Part shown: piece by piece, positions 8,763-17,985 of the stretch
Position numbering within the stretch: position 1 is the first letter of the stretch
Layout: the number at the start of each line of letters is the position of its first letter
Translations under genes and position numbers: made by a program
Notes under the pieces: generated by a model
What the model was told of the DNA's origin: nothing
What the model saw: only the letters and a program-made list of their open reading frames with translations
Databases searched by the model: none
Assembly: GCA_027858835.1 (NCBI GenBank)
Contig: JAQIBY010000143.1
Coordinates: 4,332-68,331 of the forward strand
DNA: 64,000 nt
Direction: 5' to 3'
DNA from: Bacteroidales bacterium
GTDB lineage: Bacteria; Bacteroidota; Bacteroidia; Bacteroidales; ML635J-15

Positions 8763-10112
8763 TTATTTTTTCTTCTGTTGATACAATTCACTCACGGAAA
8801 CTTTTTCAACGGTCGTGTTATTTTTCAGAATTTTTGAAATCAGGCTATATGGTGCGCTAACAACTTCTTCGCTAAGTTCCAGTCCTGACTTTATTTCAAT
8901 GAATTCAGTATCCTGAATGCCAGTTTCCACATTGCGTTGTTCAACTTTTCCGTCATTATAAACAAAAACCACTTCTTTCATTGGGATGTCCAGCGTTTCA
9001 TCTGTTTTCTCCGATGCTTGCGGATTGCTCACCATGGAGGAGTCCACTCTGACAGTGACAGATTGTATTGGTGCAACAAGCACTTGGTTTACCGCTTCGG
9101 TTTGAATATCAACACTGGCTGACATTCCCGGACGGAAAGGGCTCAAATTGTCTTCGCGCTGCAAATCCTTGTAAGATTCGGGAAGCATGCGTATTTTCAC
9201 TTCAAAATTTGTGACTTGATCTGCTGCCAGCCCTGTGTTGGTGGCTGAGTTTGCAATTTCCGTAACAATTCCTTTGAAAATCCGATTTAGATAGGCATCA
9301 ACTTCAATTTCAGCTGTATCTTTAAGGCTGACTTTTATAATGTCGTTTTCGTTTACTTCAACAACAACTTCCATTAAATTTAAATTGGCGATACGTAGCA
9401 TTTCTGTACCTGCCATCATTTCCGTACCAACAACCCGTTCTCCTTCTTCAACATTAAGCATGGAAATCGTTCCTGATATTGGTGCATAAACCACCGTTTT
9501 TCGTAAGTTTTCTGATGCTTCTTTGACAGATGCTTTTGCACTCAACACAGAGAATTCAGCTGCATTTACTGATTCTTCAGCTGCATTTACATCGGCTTTT
9601 CCCATTTCAAAAGCTGCCTGTGCATTTTCAAAATCGGCCAGTGAAATGGCTCCTTCTGCATATAATTGTTCATTTCTATCGAAGCTTAATCGGGTTTGGT
9701 TGAACTGGGCTTTAACCTGTTCTAAGCGAGCTTTTGAATTTGCAAGATTCGCTTTTGTTGAATTTAATGAGGCTTCTGCTCGTTCAAGATACGATTCATA
9801 AACATCTGGTTTGATTTTCAATAAAAAATCGCCGGCTGTTACTTCTTGCCCTTCTTTTATGCGTAGCTCAACAATCTCTCCGGAAACATCGGGAGAGATT
9901 TTTACTTCGGTTTCAGGTTGTATTTTTCCGTTTGTACTAACAGTCTGAACAATATTTCGCTTTTCAATTTCACTGACAGCAATCTGATGACCCGTGGTTT
10001 TTCCAAACCAGTTAGCTTTTCCTCCAATAATTGCGAGGACAATAAGCACTGAAACCAAAATGATCAGATTTCGGCGCAGTTTTTTCGTTTTATTTGTGTT
10101 TGCTTTTCCCAT
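8763..10112 (-). CDS. Efflux transporter periplasmic adaptor subunit (HlyD/MacA-like)
   Basis: 449 aa with an N-terminal membrane anchor, a long coiled-coil segment (ASLNSTKANLANSKARLEQVKAQ...) and barrel domains. It is adjacent to a TolC-family gene. Confidence 0.8.
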   Translation of the reverse strand: MGKANTNKTKKLRRNLIILVSVLIVLAIIGGKANWFGKTTGHQIAVSEIEKRNIVQTVSTNGKIQPETEVKISPDVSGEIVELRIKEGQEVTAGDFLLKIKPDVYESYLERAEASLNSTKANLANSKARLEQVKAQFNQTRLSFDRNEQLYAEGAISLADFENAQAAFEMGKADVNAAEESVNAAEFSVLSAKASVKEASENLRKTVVYAPISGTISMLNVEEGERVVGTEMMAGTEMLRIANLNLMEVVVEVNENDIIKVSLKDTAEIEVDAYLNRIFKGIVTEIANSATNTGLAADQVTNFEVKIRMLPESYKDLQREDNLSPFRPGMSASVDIQTEAVNQVLVAPIQSVTVRVDSSMVSNPQASEKTDETLDIPMKEVVFVYNDGKVEQRNVETGIQDTEFIEIKSGLELSEEVVSAPYSLISKILKNNTTVEKVSVSELYQQKKK

Positions 10113-10114
10113 AA

Positions 10115-11557
10115 TTATTGACTTATACTGATTGGTATGCCCCGATAAAAATCGAGAATTTTTTGTTTAAAAATAAACTCATATTTCGCACGAAGCAATT
10201 CGGATTCGGTTTGATTGAGCTGATTTTTCGCGGTGTTATATTCAAGTGAGGTTACCAAGCCTATATCAAAGCGTTTTTGAGTATATCGAAATGATTCCAC
10301 CATTGCTTCTAAGGCTTTTTCCGTGGCTATGTATTTTTTTTGGGTTGCACTTGCATCTGCATACGCTTGTTGTATTTCACGCAGCAAATTTTTCTTTGTC
10401 AGCTCTAGACTGTACTTGCTGATGTCATAATTAATTTTTGAATTATCGACAGCAGAACGCACTTGCCATCCGTTAAAAATCGGGATGCTTAATCCCAAGC
10501 TGAGTGATGCGGATGCATTGTCTTTAATCTGGTCAGAAAATGGACGATTTTTGTATGTGTAGTCAAATCCGTATTGATAGACATCGAACATATCACCTGT
10601 TGTGCTATTTATTCCGTATCCGATAAGCATAGGATTTGTTGGTATAACTTCATCAATGTCTTTTCTAGCACTTGAATATCCTGAGCCGTAGGATGCAGAT
10701 AAAACCAAGCTAGGATAAAAATTACTTCGTGCTAAGGCTAAATCTCGATTTGCAATTTCAACATCAAGTTCTGATCGTTCAATTTCGGGCATAATCATTT
10801 CTGCTTCAAGAAAAACTTGTCTTGCCGAAGGGAGTATGATTGTTTCATCAATGGGATTTAGTGCAGGGCGTTCAATTTTAAAGCCTTTCACTGAATCGAG
10901 TTCGAGAAATTGAACCAGGGTCAGATAAGCCAAATCCAGATTATTTTCTGCGTTTACAACCTGAAGTTGTTCGTTGGCGAGCTGCGATTGTACTTCCAGT
11001 AAGTTTCCTTGTGCCAAAGCACCTGCATTTACCAGTTTTTCAGTATTTGACAATTGCTCTTGGGTTGTTTCAAGCTGTTTGATGCTCACCTCCAACAATT
11101 CTTCATTAAATAGCACATTAAAAAAAGCATTGGCAATATTAACCGATAAGTCATTTTTCGCTTTTTCTAAATCTTTTAAGCCTGCTTCAAGATTTAGTTG
11201 TGATTTTTTAATTTCATGGATGCGTTGTCCGCCACGAAACAAATCCATTTGCGTCGAAACATCCATATTGAAGGATTGTGTGTTGTCTTCAGTGAAATCG
11301 TTCGTATATGGATCAACGTTTCGACCAAAGCGCAAACTTTCATATGCCGATGCATTTACAGAAGGTAGTGCCGACAATTTTGTCGATTGCAACTGATTTT
11401 CCTGAATTTCCGTGTAAAGGCTTTGTTGTTTGATTTGGATGTTGTTGTCAATGGCATATTGTATGCACGACTCTAAGCTCCATCTTTCCTGAGCATTACT
11501 AATTTGCGCTAATAAAACAGCGAGAAAAATAATTCCAAATTGTATTCGTCTTTGCAT
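10115..11557 (-). CDS. TolC family outer-membrane efflux protein
   Basis: 480 aa with a signal peptide. It has the two-repeat TolC architecture, with the typical LSLESCIQYAIDNN start and a FYRGIP end. Confidence 0.85.
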   Translation of the reverse strand: MQRRIQFGIIFLAVLLAQISNAQERWSLESCIQYAIDNNIQIKQQSLYTEIQENQLQSTKLSALPSVNASAYESLRFGRNVDPYTNDFTEDNTQSFNMDVSTQMDLFRGGQRIHEIKKSQLNLEAGLKDLEKAKNDLSVNIANAFFNVLFNEELLEVSIKQLETTQEQLSNTEKLVNAGALAQGNLLEVQSQLANEQLQVVNAENNLDLAYLTLVQFLELDSVKGFKIERPALNPIDETIILPSARQVFLEAEMIMPEIERSELDVEIANRDLALARSNFYPSLVLSASYGSGYSSARKDIDEVIPTNPMLIGYGINSTTGDMFDVYQYGFDYTYKNRPFSDQIKDNASASLSLGLSIPIFNGWQVRSAVDNSKINYDISKYSLELTKKNLLREIQQAYADASATQKKYIATEKALEAMVESFRYTQKRFDIGLVTSLEYNTAKNQLNQTESELLRAKYEFIFKQKILDFYRGIPISISQ

Positions 11558-11596
11558 GATATTTTATCTCAATTTCAATATGCCAAGATACAAAAA

Positions 11597-14113
11597 TTAC
11601 ATCATTCCATCACCACCTTCTGCTTCAATCGCGTCATTGTTTTCATTTCTGCGCTCAAAATCATTAAATTTATATGATAATGTGATACGGAAAGTGGGAG
11701 ATATTCTGTCAAAATTTGAGTAACTGTAAAAACTTTGTGTATATGATTCGTGTTCATGTTGCATTGTGCCGAAAATATCATTAACGCTCAACATAACAGA
11801 GAACTGACGCTTCATGAATTCTTGTCTAATTGCAGAGTTTATCATAAAAAATGCACCGCGCTCGCCTTGTGCAGTAATTGATGGACCATTGTACATTCCG
11901 GAAAGTTGTATGCGGGTGTCAGTTTTCTTAATTTTAAAGGTGTTGTTTACTCGTGTGCTATATGTCAGGGTTGAATTTTCTCCGGTGCTGCTGTTGTCGA
12001 TATTAGCATCAATGGTATATTGATATAAATCGGCAGTTAGGTTTAGATTCCACCATTTAGTAAAATTCATATTTCCCATAATTTCCATACCGTAAGATTC
12101 GTCTGAGCCAACATTTTCAAAACTGTAAATTAAAATTTCCGGATTATCTGGATCTGCATTGGTTACTCTTTCAAATAAATTGGTTGTTTTTTTATAAAAA
12201 CTTTCCAAAGCAATGAAATGTTTTCCAAAACGTTTTTGCGCATTGAGTTCATAAGAATTTATGTAAGCGGGTTCAAGGTTAGGATTTCCCTGACGGTAGG
12301 TGTATTCATCCATTTTACTGCGAAACGGGTCGAGAAACCAGCTGCGTGGCCTGCGAATACGGCTGGTATAACTTGCTTGCAGCTGAATATCATATTTCAG
12401 TTTTCGGGAGATATGAGCCGTAGGAAATACGTCAAGTTTTTCATAAGTCCAGGATTCTCCTAGTTTGATACTTTTGAAATTTCGTTTTGTATATTCTCCA
12501 CGCAATCCGACCATATAGTCAAATTTCCAAATGCGATTTGTAAAGGTGGCATAGGTGGAATGAATCTGTCGATTGAAATCCACATCATTAAATTGTGTGC
12601 TGTCATCAACATATTTAGTTCCATTCCAAATTTCATATTCATAATCGGAGGGCCCTATGCGGTTTCGAAATTGATATCCTGCTTCAATTTTTCCGTTTTC
12701 AGAAAAAGGATTTGTGTAGTCAAGTTTGGCACGCATGCGGATATTATTCCCAGTTTCATTTGACTGTTCGGCTTCATTGAAATTTTCACTGTATGGTTCG
12801 AATTCTGAATCGGCATCATAGCGTTTAAATCCTGATTGCTGCTTTGTATCAGATCCTGAAAAGAAATAATATGCTTGAAGGTTATGTCCTTCGGTATTGA
12901 ATTTGTGCTGATAATTAATGTCACCACTGTAATACGTGTTGTCAATACTAAAAAATGTATTGTTTTCATAATAGGTTGCCGGAGAAAGCATATCGGTATC
13001 AAAATCAGGTTCAGTATTGCCAGAATAATAAAGCATATAATTTCTGTCGGCATTTCTGTCCATCAGCCATTTTCCGTATTTCCCGGAAACGGTAAAAACA
13101 TCTTTGTCGGTCATGTAATAATCAAAACCTAGTCGCCCGCTGTAACCTCCGTGTGCCCACAAACCGTCTCCTGCGATATCCGTGACAAATGCAGAATCGC
13201 CAAGAAATCTTGCGGTAAGATTTTCATTGGTTCCGTGATTTTCTCTGTCGGAATAATCAGCTCCAACAAAAAAGTTGAATTTTCCTGTACGTACATTGAT
13301 GAGGAAATCACCGTTAAGTGCATTAAATGAGCCGTAGGAAAGATTAATATTTCCATTTACTCCATCATTTTCCTGTTGTTTCATGACAATATTAATGATA
13401 CCGGCAACACCGTCGGGATCATATTTTGCGGATGGATTGGTAATGATCTCAATGTTTTCAATGGCGCTTGCCGGAATTTGTTGCAATGCTTCGCTTCCTT
13501 CCAGCGGTGTTGGTTTGCCGTCAATTAACACGGTGAAACTCGAACTTCCGCGCAATTGGACATTTCCTTCAATGTCGGTTTGAATGGATGGTGTGTTTTC
13601 CAGAACATCCACTGCGCTTCCGCCCTGCGCAGAAATATCTTGGCTGACATTTACAATTTTCTTGTCAATTTTGTATTCAATATGTTTTCGATCTGCTTCA
13701 ATGGTGACATCTTCGAGTAATTCAGTAGCAGGTTTAAGTTTAACAATTCCTGCATCGTGCATTGGTTTGTTGGGAGTAAGCTTAATGCTGTTTTGAAAAT
13801 GCTTGTTGTATCCGATAAAATCAATTGTGAGATAATAATGTCCAAACGGAAGGGGTCTTATCATAGCATGTCCCGAGGCATCGGTAATTCCGCCGGAAAC
13901 CATTGTGGAATCTTTTACTGAAAACACAACAATGTTTGCATATTCTATGGGTTTTCCGTCGCTGTCATCCAATACTTGTAATTTTATCGCTCCTCCTGCA
14001 GGGCCGTTTCCTGATTGCGCTCGCCCACCTCCATGTTGTGCGTGAGCAAAACTGATGGAAATTATCATTGACAAAATCAACAGGGTGAAATTCTTAACCA
14101 CTTGAATCTTCAT
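11597..14113 (-). CDS. TonB-dependent-receptor-like outer-membrane beta-barrel protein with carboxypeptidase-regulatory-like N-domain
   Basis: Signal peptide MKIQVVKNFTLLILSMIISISFAHA (start chosen at 14113). CarbopepD_reg-like IKLQVLDDSDGKPIEYANIVVF. Plug-like DVLENTPSIQTDIEGNVQLRGSS. The C-terminus is typical of a beta-barrel. Confidence 0.8.
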   Translation of the reverse strand: MKIQVVKNFTLLILSMIISISFAHAQHGGGRAQSGNGPAGGAIKLQVLDDSDGKPIEYANIVVFSVKDSTMVSGGITDASGHAMIRPLPFGHYYLTIDFIGYNKHFQNSIKLTPNKPMHDAGIVKLKPATELLEDVTIEADRKHIEYKIDKKIVNVSQDISAQGGSAVDVLENTPSIQTDIEGNVQLRGSSSFTVLIDGKPTPLEGSEALQQIPASAIENIEIITNPSAKYDPDGVAGIINIVMKQQENDGVNGNINLSYGSFNALNGDFLINVRTGKFNFFVGADYSDRENHGTNENLTARFLGDSAFVTDIAGDGLWAHGGYSGRLGFDYYMTDKDVFTVSGKYGKWLMDRNADRNYMLYYSGNTEPDFDTDMLSPATYYENNTFFSIDNTYYSGDINYQHKFNTEGHNLQAYYFFSGSDTKQQSGFKRYDADSEFEPYSENFNEAEQSNETGNNIRMRAKLDYTNPFSENGKIEAGYQFRNRIGPSDYEYEIWNGTKYVDDSTQFNDVDFNRQIHSTYATFTNRIWKFDYMVGLRGEYTKRNFKSIKLGESWTYEKLDVFPTAHISRKLKYDIQLQASYTSRIRRPRSWFLDPFRSKMDEYTYRQGNPNLEPAYINSYELNAQKRFGKHFIALESFYKKTTNLFERVTNADPDNPEILIYSFENVGSDESYGMEIMGNMNFTKWWNLNLTADLYQYTIDANIDNSSTGENSTLTYSTRVNNTFKIKKTDTRIQLSGMYNGPSITAQGERGAFFMINSAIRQEFMKRQFSVMLSVNDIFGTMQHEHESYTQSFYSYSNFDRISPTFRITLSYKFNDFERRNENNDAIEAEGGDGMM

Positions 14114-14483
14114 ACTTTTTCTTTTATACAAATATCTTTTATTCTGCGAATGCGACAAAAGATATTCATCTGTTTAACATAGTTTTAACTGCAAATCGCT
14201 GATGAGCGAGATAATAGCGTGATATTAATCTCATGCTAAATTGCTTTAGCTTTGACAGATTTTGAACGTAAAGGTTTAACCGGAGAGTGTTAAATAAATG
14301 TTATAATTCGTGTTTGACAAAAATAGGCGATTTCATTGTTATGTGGTAATGGTAAATTGTATGTGGTGTAGCCGAATGCAAGTGGTTTACCTTTTAATAA
14401 ATTGTTGTGTTTATACGGGTTACAAGCTTTCAAACATGCACTTTCCCAGCTATGACATATATAAAATGTTAACGGCTTACTTT

Positions 14484-14654
14484 TTATAATTCTTCAAGTT
14501 TTTTAACCCACTCATTAAACCTTGGACTTTTAGCTCTAATTTTATCTAAACCGATTGCTTCAGCTAATATATTTCCATAAATAATTTTGTTGTACCCAAG
14601 AATTATTCTTTCTAACCTATGAGAAGGAGATGTTTCTCTATTGTTATTTATCAT
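14484..14654 (-). CDS. Small hypothetical protein (56 aa), below the ORF-track cutoff
   Basis: ATG 14652-14654 to TAA 14484-14486 reads MINNNRETSPSHRLERIILGYNKIIYGNILAEAIGLDKIRAKSPRFNEWVKKLEEL. The composition looks helical and protein-like, but I do not recognise a family. Confidence 0.3.
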   Translation of the reverse strand: MINNNRETSPSHRLERIILGYNKIIYGNILAEAIGLDKIRAKSPRFNEWVKKLEEL

Positions 14655-14816
14655 TGGATTATGTTTGTAATGAAGTTAGAGAAGGAGCCAGAAAAATACC
14701 GCTTAAAAAACAAAGAGAAATCGCTTTTGATAATGACTTATTTTCCGGTTAATTCATGTTTTTACAACGTGCTTACTGGGATATAGATGTTTTTTAGGTT
14801 ATGCCTGAAAGTTTTT

Positions 14817-14836
14817 GGATCCCTGATTAACAGTCA
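14817..14836 (-). repeat. Partial duplicate of the tRNA-Asn anticodon arm
   Basis: CCCTGATTAACAGTCA at 14821-14836 is identical to 15214-15229 inside the tRNA-Asn gene. The flanking GGA(T)CC extends the similarity to about 20 nt. Confidence 0.8.
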
Positions 14837-15135
14837 TATTTATTTTTTAATTTCTCAATTATTTCAGGATAAATTTTCAGAATTTTTATGTGCTTTTTAC
14901 TTTTCATTTTCTTAATATGTTTCTCTATAAACATTGCTTGTTTCATACTATTACACTCAATCTCTAGGAACAAAACCCAGTCATCTGTTTTTGATGTATA
15001 TTTCTTATCCCCATAATATTTAGTATTGTGCTTCTCTAAGCGTTCTGAGGAATTTAAACTTGTAGCACCAATATAAAATCCATCAATTTTTCCGCTGTAT
15101 AGTATGTAACATCTATAATTCATAAGTAAATTCAT
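14827..15135 (-). CDS. Small GIY-YIG nuclease family protein (UPF0213/YhbQ-like)
   Basis: 102 aa. YRCYILYSGKIDGFYIGATSLNSSERLEKHN matches the GIY-YIG core (Y.LY...YIG......R...H). The last codons and stop (GAC TGT TAA) are encoded by the tRNA-derived repeat. Confidence 0.8.
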   Translation of the reverse strand: MNLLMNYRCYILYSGKIDGFYIGATSLNSSERLEKHNTKYYGDKKYTSKTDDWVLFLEIECNSMKQAMFIEKHIKKMKSKKHIKILKIYPEIIEKLKNKYDC

Positions 15136-15136
15136 T

Positions 15137-15171
15137 AAAAAAAGCGGCTTGCTTTTGCAAACCGCTTTTTT
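15137..15171. terminator. Bidirectional hairpin terminator between tRNA-Asn and the GIY-YIG gene
   Basis: GCGGCTTGC-TTTT-GCAAACCGC stem with one mismatch, flanked by an A-run (15137-15143) and a T-run (15166-15171). Confidence 0.65.
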
Positions 15172-15184
15172 GACTACTTCTGAG

Positions 15185-15258
15185 CTCCCCCTCTTGGACT
15201 CGAACCAAGGACCCCCTGATTAACAGTCAGGTGCTCTAACCCGCTGAGCGAAGGAGGA
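15185..15258 (-). tRNA. tRNA-Asn (anticodon GTT)
   Basis: The minus strand reads TCCTCCT TC GCTC AGCGGGTTA GAGC A CCTGA CTGTTAA TCAGG GGGTC CTTGG TTCGAGT CCAAG AGGGGGA G. This is a full cloverleaf with a 7-bp acceptor stem (one G-U) and GTT in the anticodon loop. CCA is not encoded. Confidence 0.92.
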
Positions 15259-15366
15259 AGATCGTTGCGCATTAACAACCCATTGGGTTTTTTGTCAAAT
15301 GCGATGCAAATCTAAGCTGTTTTGTTAACTTTACCAAAATTTTTGACAATAAAAATTAAAGCAAAT

Positions 15367-16344
15367 ATGAAAATTTTTGGAATCGGTAATGCACTCGTGG
15401 ATATCATGACCAGTTTAGATCAAGATGAGTTTCTGAGTGTCAATAATTTACCAAAAGGAAGTATGCAACTTGTGGATGCTGAAAAATCACAAGAATTATT
15501 AAAATCGGCAGATAAATTTGAAAAACAACAAGTCTCCGGAGGTTCTGCGGCAAATACAATCAGAAGTCTTGCCAAACTTGGAGTGGATGTTAGTTTTCTC
15601 GGAAAAGTCGGAAAAGATGAATTGGGACTATTTTATGAAAAAGAATTGCAGGATTATGGCGTAAAAACTTTTATGTCAAAATCCGAAATCCCGACAGGAA
15701 CTGCACTTGCTTTGGTGAGTCCCGACGGAGAACGGACTTTTGCAACACATTTAGGAGCAGCGGTTATGCTTATGCCCGATGATATTAGTGAAAGTGCTGT
15801 TAATGCTCATGATATTCTGTATCTTGAAGGATATTTGGTAATGAATCATGCTTTATTAGAACGCGCCGCAGCACTTAAAAATCAAAAAGGTATTAAACTG
15901 GCGATTGATTTGGCGTCTTTTAATGTTGTGGAAGCAGAACACAATTTTCTCGTGGATTTTGTGAGAGATAATGTGGACATCGTGTTTGCAAATGAAGAAG
16001 AAGCAGCCGCATTTTTCCCAGGAAAATCACCGGAAGAGGCAGTTGTTGCGTTCAGCGAAATGGTAGAAATTGCTATTGTGAAAGTTGGTGCTGAAGGTGC
16101 GTATATCCGACAAGGTGATGTGCAGGTAAAAGTTCCAGGACGCCCTGCTAAGTGTATCGACACAACCGGTGCTGGCGATAATTTTGCAGCAGGATTTCTT
16201 TACGGATTGTCAAAAAATCTGGGTCTTGAAAAATCGGGACATATCGCTAACTTGATGGGATGTAATGTCATCGAGGTAATTGGCACAAGCATGGACGAAA
16301 ATCGCTGGAATAATATTTTCTCAGTGATTGAAGAAATTAAATAA
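15367..16344 (+). CDS. Adenosine kinase / PfkB-family ribokinase-like kinase
   Basis: MKIFGIGNALVDIM start (chosen over the track start at 15322). DTTGAGDNFAAGF PfkB signature near the C-terminus. Confidence 0.8.
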   Translation: MKIFGIGNALVDIMTSLDQDEFLSVNNLPKGSMQLVDAEKSQELLKSADKFEKQQVSGGSAANTIRSLAKLGVDVSFLGKVGKDELGLFYEKELQDYGVKTFMSKSEIPTGTALALVSPDGERTFATHLGAAVMLMPDDISESAVNAHDILYLEGYLVMNHALLERAAALKNQKGIKLAIDLASFNVVEAEHNFLVDFVRDNVDIVFANEEEAAAFFPGKSPEEAVVAFSEMVEIAIVKVGAEGAYIRQGDVQVKVPGRPAKCIDTTGAGDNFAAGFLYGLSKNLGLEKSGHIANLMGCNVIEVIGTSMDENRWNNIFSVIEEIK

Positions 16345-16365
16345 GGATTATAATTTGATAAATGC

Positions 16366-16400
16366 GAAAGGCTATCCAATAACAAGCGGATAGCCTTTTC
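16366..16400 (+). terminator. Hairpin terminator between convergent kinase genes
   Basis: 11-bp stem AAAGGCTATCC/GGATAGCCTTT (16367-16377/16388-16398) followed by a T-run. Confidence 0.65.
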
Positions 16401-16460
16401 CTATTTAATGTTTCCTAAAACCCTGTCTTCTAACGCCTAAACCCTGACCTTTGTCCCCTG

Positions 16461-17075
16461 CTAAAATAGTCCGTGAATTTCTGCATCAATACGGTCAATG
16501 ACGTGACTTAAGTCTTCTACTTTATTCATAAAATCTAAGTTATCTACATCAATTATCAGTAATTTCCCTGCATCATAACCTTGTATCCAAGCTTCATAAC
16601 GCTCATTCAAGCGGGTAAGGTAATCCAGACGAATGCTGTTTTCATATTTTCGGCCGCGTTTTCCTATTTGGCTCACAAGTGTCGGTACGCTTGCGCGGAG
16701 ATAAATCAATAAATCCGGTGGCTCAATTACCCGTGTCATCAACTCAAAAAGCGAGTAATAATTGTCAAAATCCCGTGTTGACATTAACCCCATACTATGC
16801 AAATTCGGAGCAAAAATTGAGGCATCTTCATAAATTGTTCTGTCTTGAACCACTTTTTTTCCGCTTTTACGGATATTTAAAATCTGATTAAACCTTGAAT
16901 TCAGAAAATAAATCTGAAGATTAAAGGACCATCGTTGCATATCTTCATAAAAGTCGGTGAGATATGGATTGTCATCAACATCTTCATAATGAGGTTCCCA
17001 CCTGTAATGTTTGGATAGCAATTTTGTAAGGGTGGTTTTCCCAGAGCCGATATTTCCTGCAATTGCGATATGCAT
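16461..17075 (-). CDS. Deoxynucleoside kinase
   Basis: 204 aa. P-loop GNIGSGKTT, then DNPYLTDFYEDMQRWSFNLQIYFLNSRF, typical of the dAK/dGK/dCK family. Confidence 0.85.
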   Translation of the reverse strand: MHIAIAGNIGSGKTTLTKLLSKHYRWEPHYEDVDDNPYLTDFYEDMQRWSFNLQIYFLNSRFNQILNIRKSGKKVVQDRTIYEDASIFAPNLHSMGLMSTRDFDNYYSLFELMTRVIEPPDLLIYLRASVPTLVSQIGKRGRKYENSIRLDYLTRLNERYEAWIQGYDAGKLLIIDVDNLDFMNKVEDLSHVIDRIDAEIHGLF

Positions 17076-17145
17076 AGTATTAAATTTTAAAAAATGAACA
17101 CACTAAGATAATATGCTTTTTTTAATTAAGCATGATATTTTGTAA

Positions 17146-17901
17146 TTATCTCATTTGGATTCGGTTTAAATTACCGTCTGAAAGATAAATTAATTCATTC
17201 CCGATTATTGAAAACCGCTCAACGGGAACAGGCAATGTCATTATTTCGTTGGATTCTGCATCTTTTAATTGATACTGAAAAAGCACATTCGACTTAAAAT
17301 AATAAATACAATCATTTTTTACTGTAGGAAGACTAGAAAAGCCCAATGGAAGCTGTTTAACAAATCCGGCATAGGTATTAAATATCAATAAATTACCATT
17401 GTCAAAAGCCAAAAATAATTGCCGTTCATGCACTTGAAGCAAAACCGGATTTCCTTGATTTTCAATTTCCCCGCTTTTTAAATCTTGATTTCCAAGCGGG
17501 TCAATATGAACAATTTGATTACGGGCTCCGTCAAAAATCCAAAACCCGCCACGAGCCGCTGTACAAGCCAGTAAACTGTTGTAATAATCATAATCATCCA
17601 ATAAAATAGCATCTGATATTTCGCTCAAATAATTATCAAGAAACATAATCTGATTGAAATCGGATGAAAATATCAAAATACGCATTGGGTTACTCACATC
17701 AAAACTGCTGATATAAGATGTTTGAGGCAAATCATACACGCTGATTAGCTTTCCCTCTGCATTTAGTTTTTCTAAACGGTTTTTTTTCAGGATATATTCA
17801 TTTCCATGATGATCATGTTGAATATCAAGCACTTGTCCCACCAAGGGAAACACACTTATAATGCCCATTAATAAGGCTATCAGCATCTTTGCAATTTGCA
17901 T
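17146..17901 (-). CDS. Hypothetical secreted protein
   Basis: 251-aa ORF with an N-terminal hydrophobic signal-like segment. No family recognised. Confidence 0.5.
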   Translation of the reverse strand: MQIAKMLIALLMGIISVFPLVGQVLDIQHDHHGNEYILKKNRLEKLNAEGKLISVYDLPQTSYISSFDVSNPMRILIFSSDFNQIMFLDNYLSEISDAILLDDYDYYNSLLACTAARGGFWIFDGARNQIVHIDPLGNQDLKSGEIENQGNPVLLQVHERQLFLAFDNGNLLIFNTYAGFVKQLPLGFSSLPTVKNDCIYYFKSNVLFQYQLKDAESNEIMTLPVPVERFSIIGNELIYLSDGNLNRIQMR

Positions 17902-17927
17902 GCTGAAAGATACAAAAAATTTGCAAT

Positions 17928-17968
17928 AAAAAAAGTGCAGTAAGCCCGAAGTTTTACTGCACTTTTTT
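17928..17968 (-). terminator. Rho-independent terminator downstream of the Spy/CpxP-like gene
   Basis: 10-bp stem AGTGCAGTAA/TTACTGCACT (17934-17943/17954-17963), flanked by A- and T-runs. Confidence 0.7.
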
Positions 17969-17985
17969 GATGATGTGTTTAATAA

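Noticed and set aside
10974-13053. Antisense or alternative-frame ORFs of 130-140 aa inside the TolC and barrel genes (10974..11396, 12655..13053)
   Set aside because: They are fully nested in strongly supported genes and have low-complexity or AT-skewed composition. The same reasoning applies to the other short nested ORFs throughout the track.
14199-14206. CUGAUGAG string suggesting a hammerhead ribozyme core
   Set aside because: No complementary stem II follows. There is no GAAA box and no stems I/III at the required spacing.
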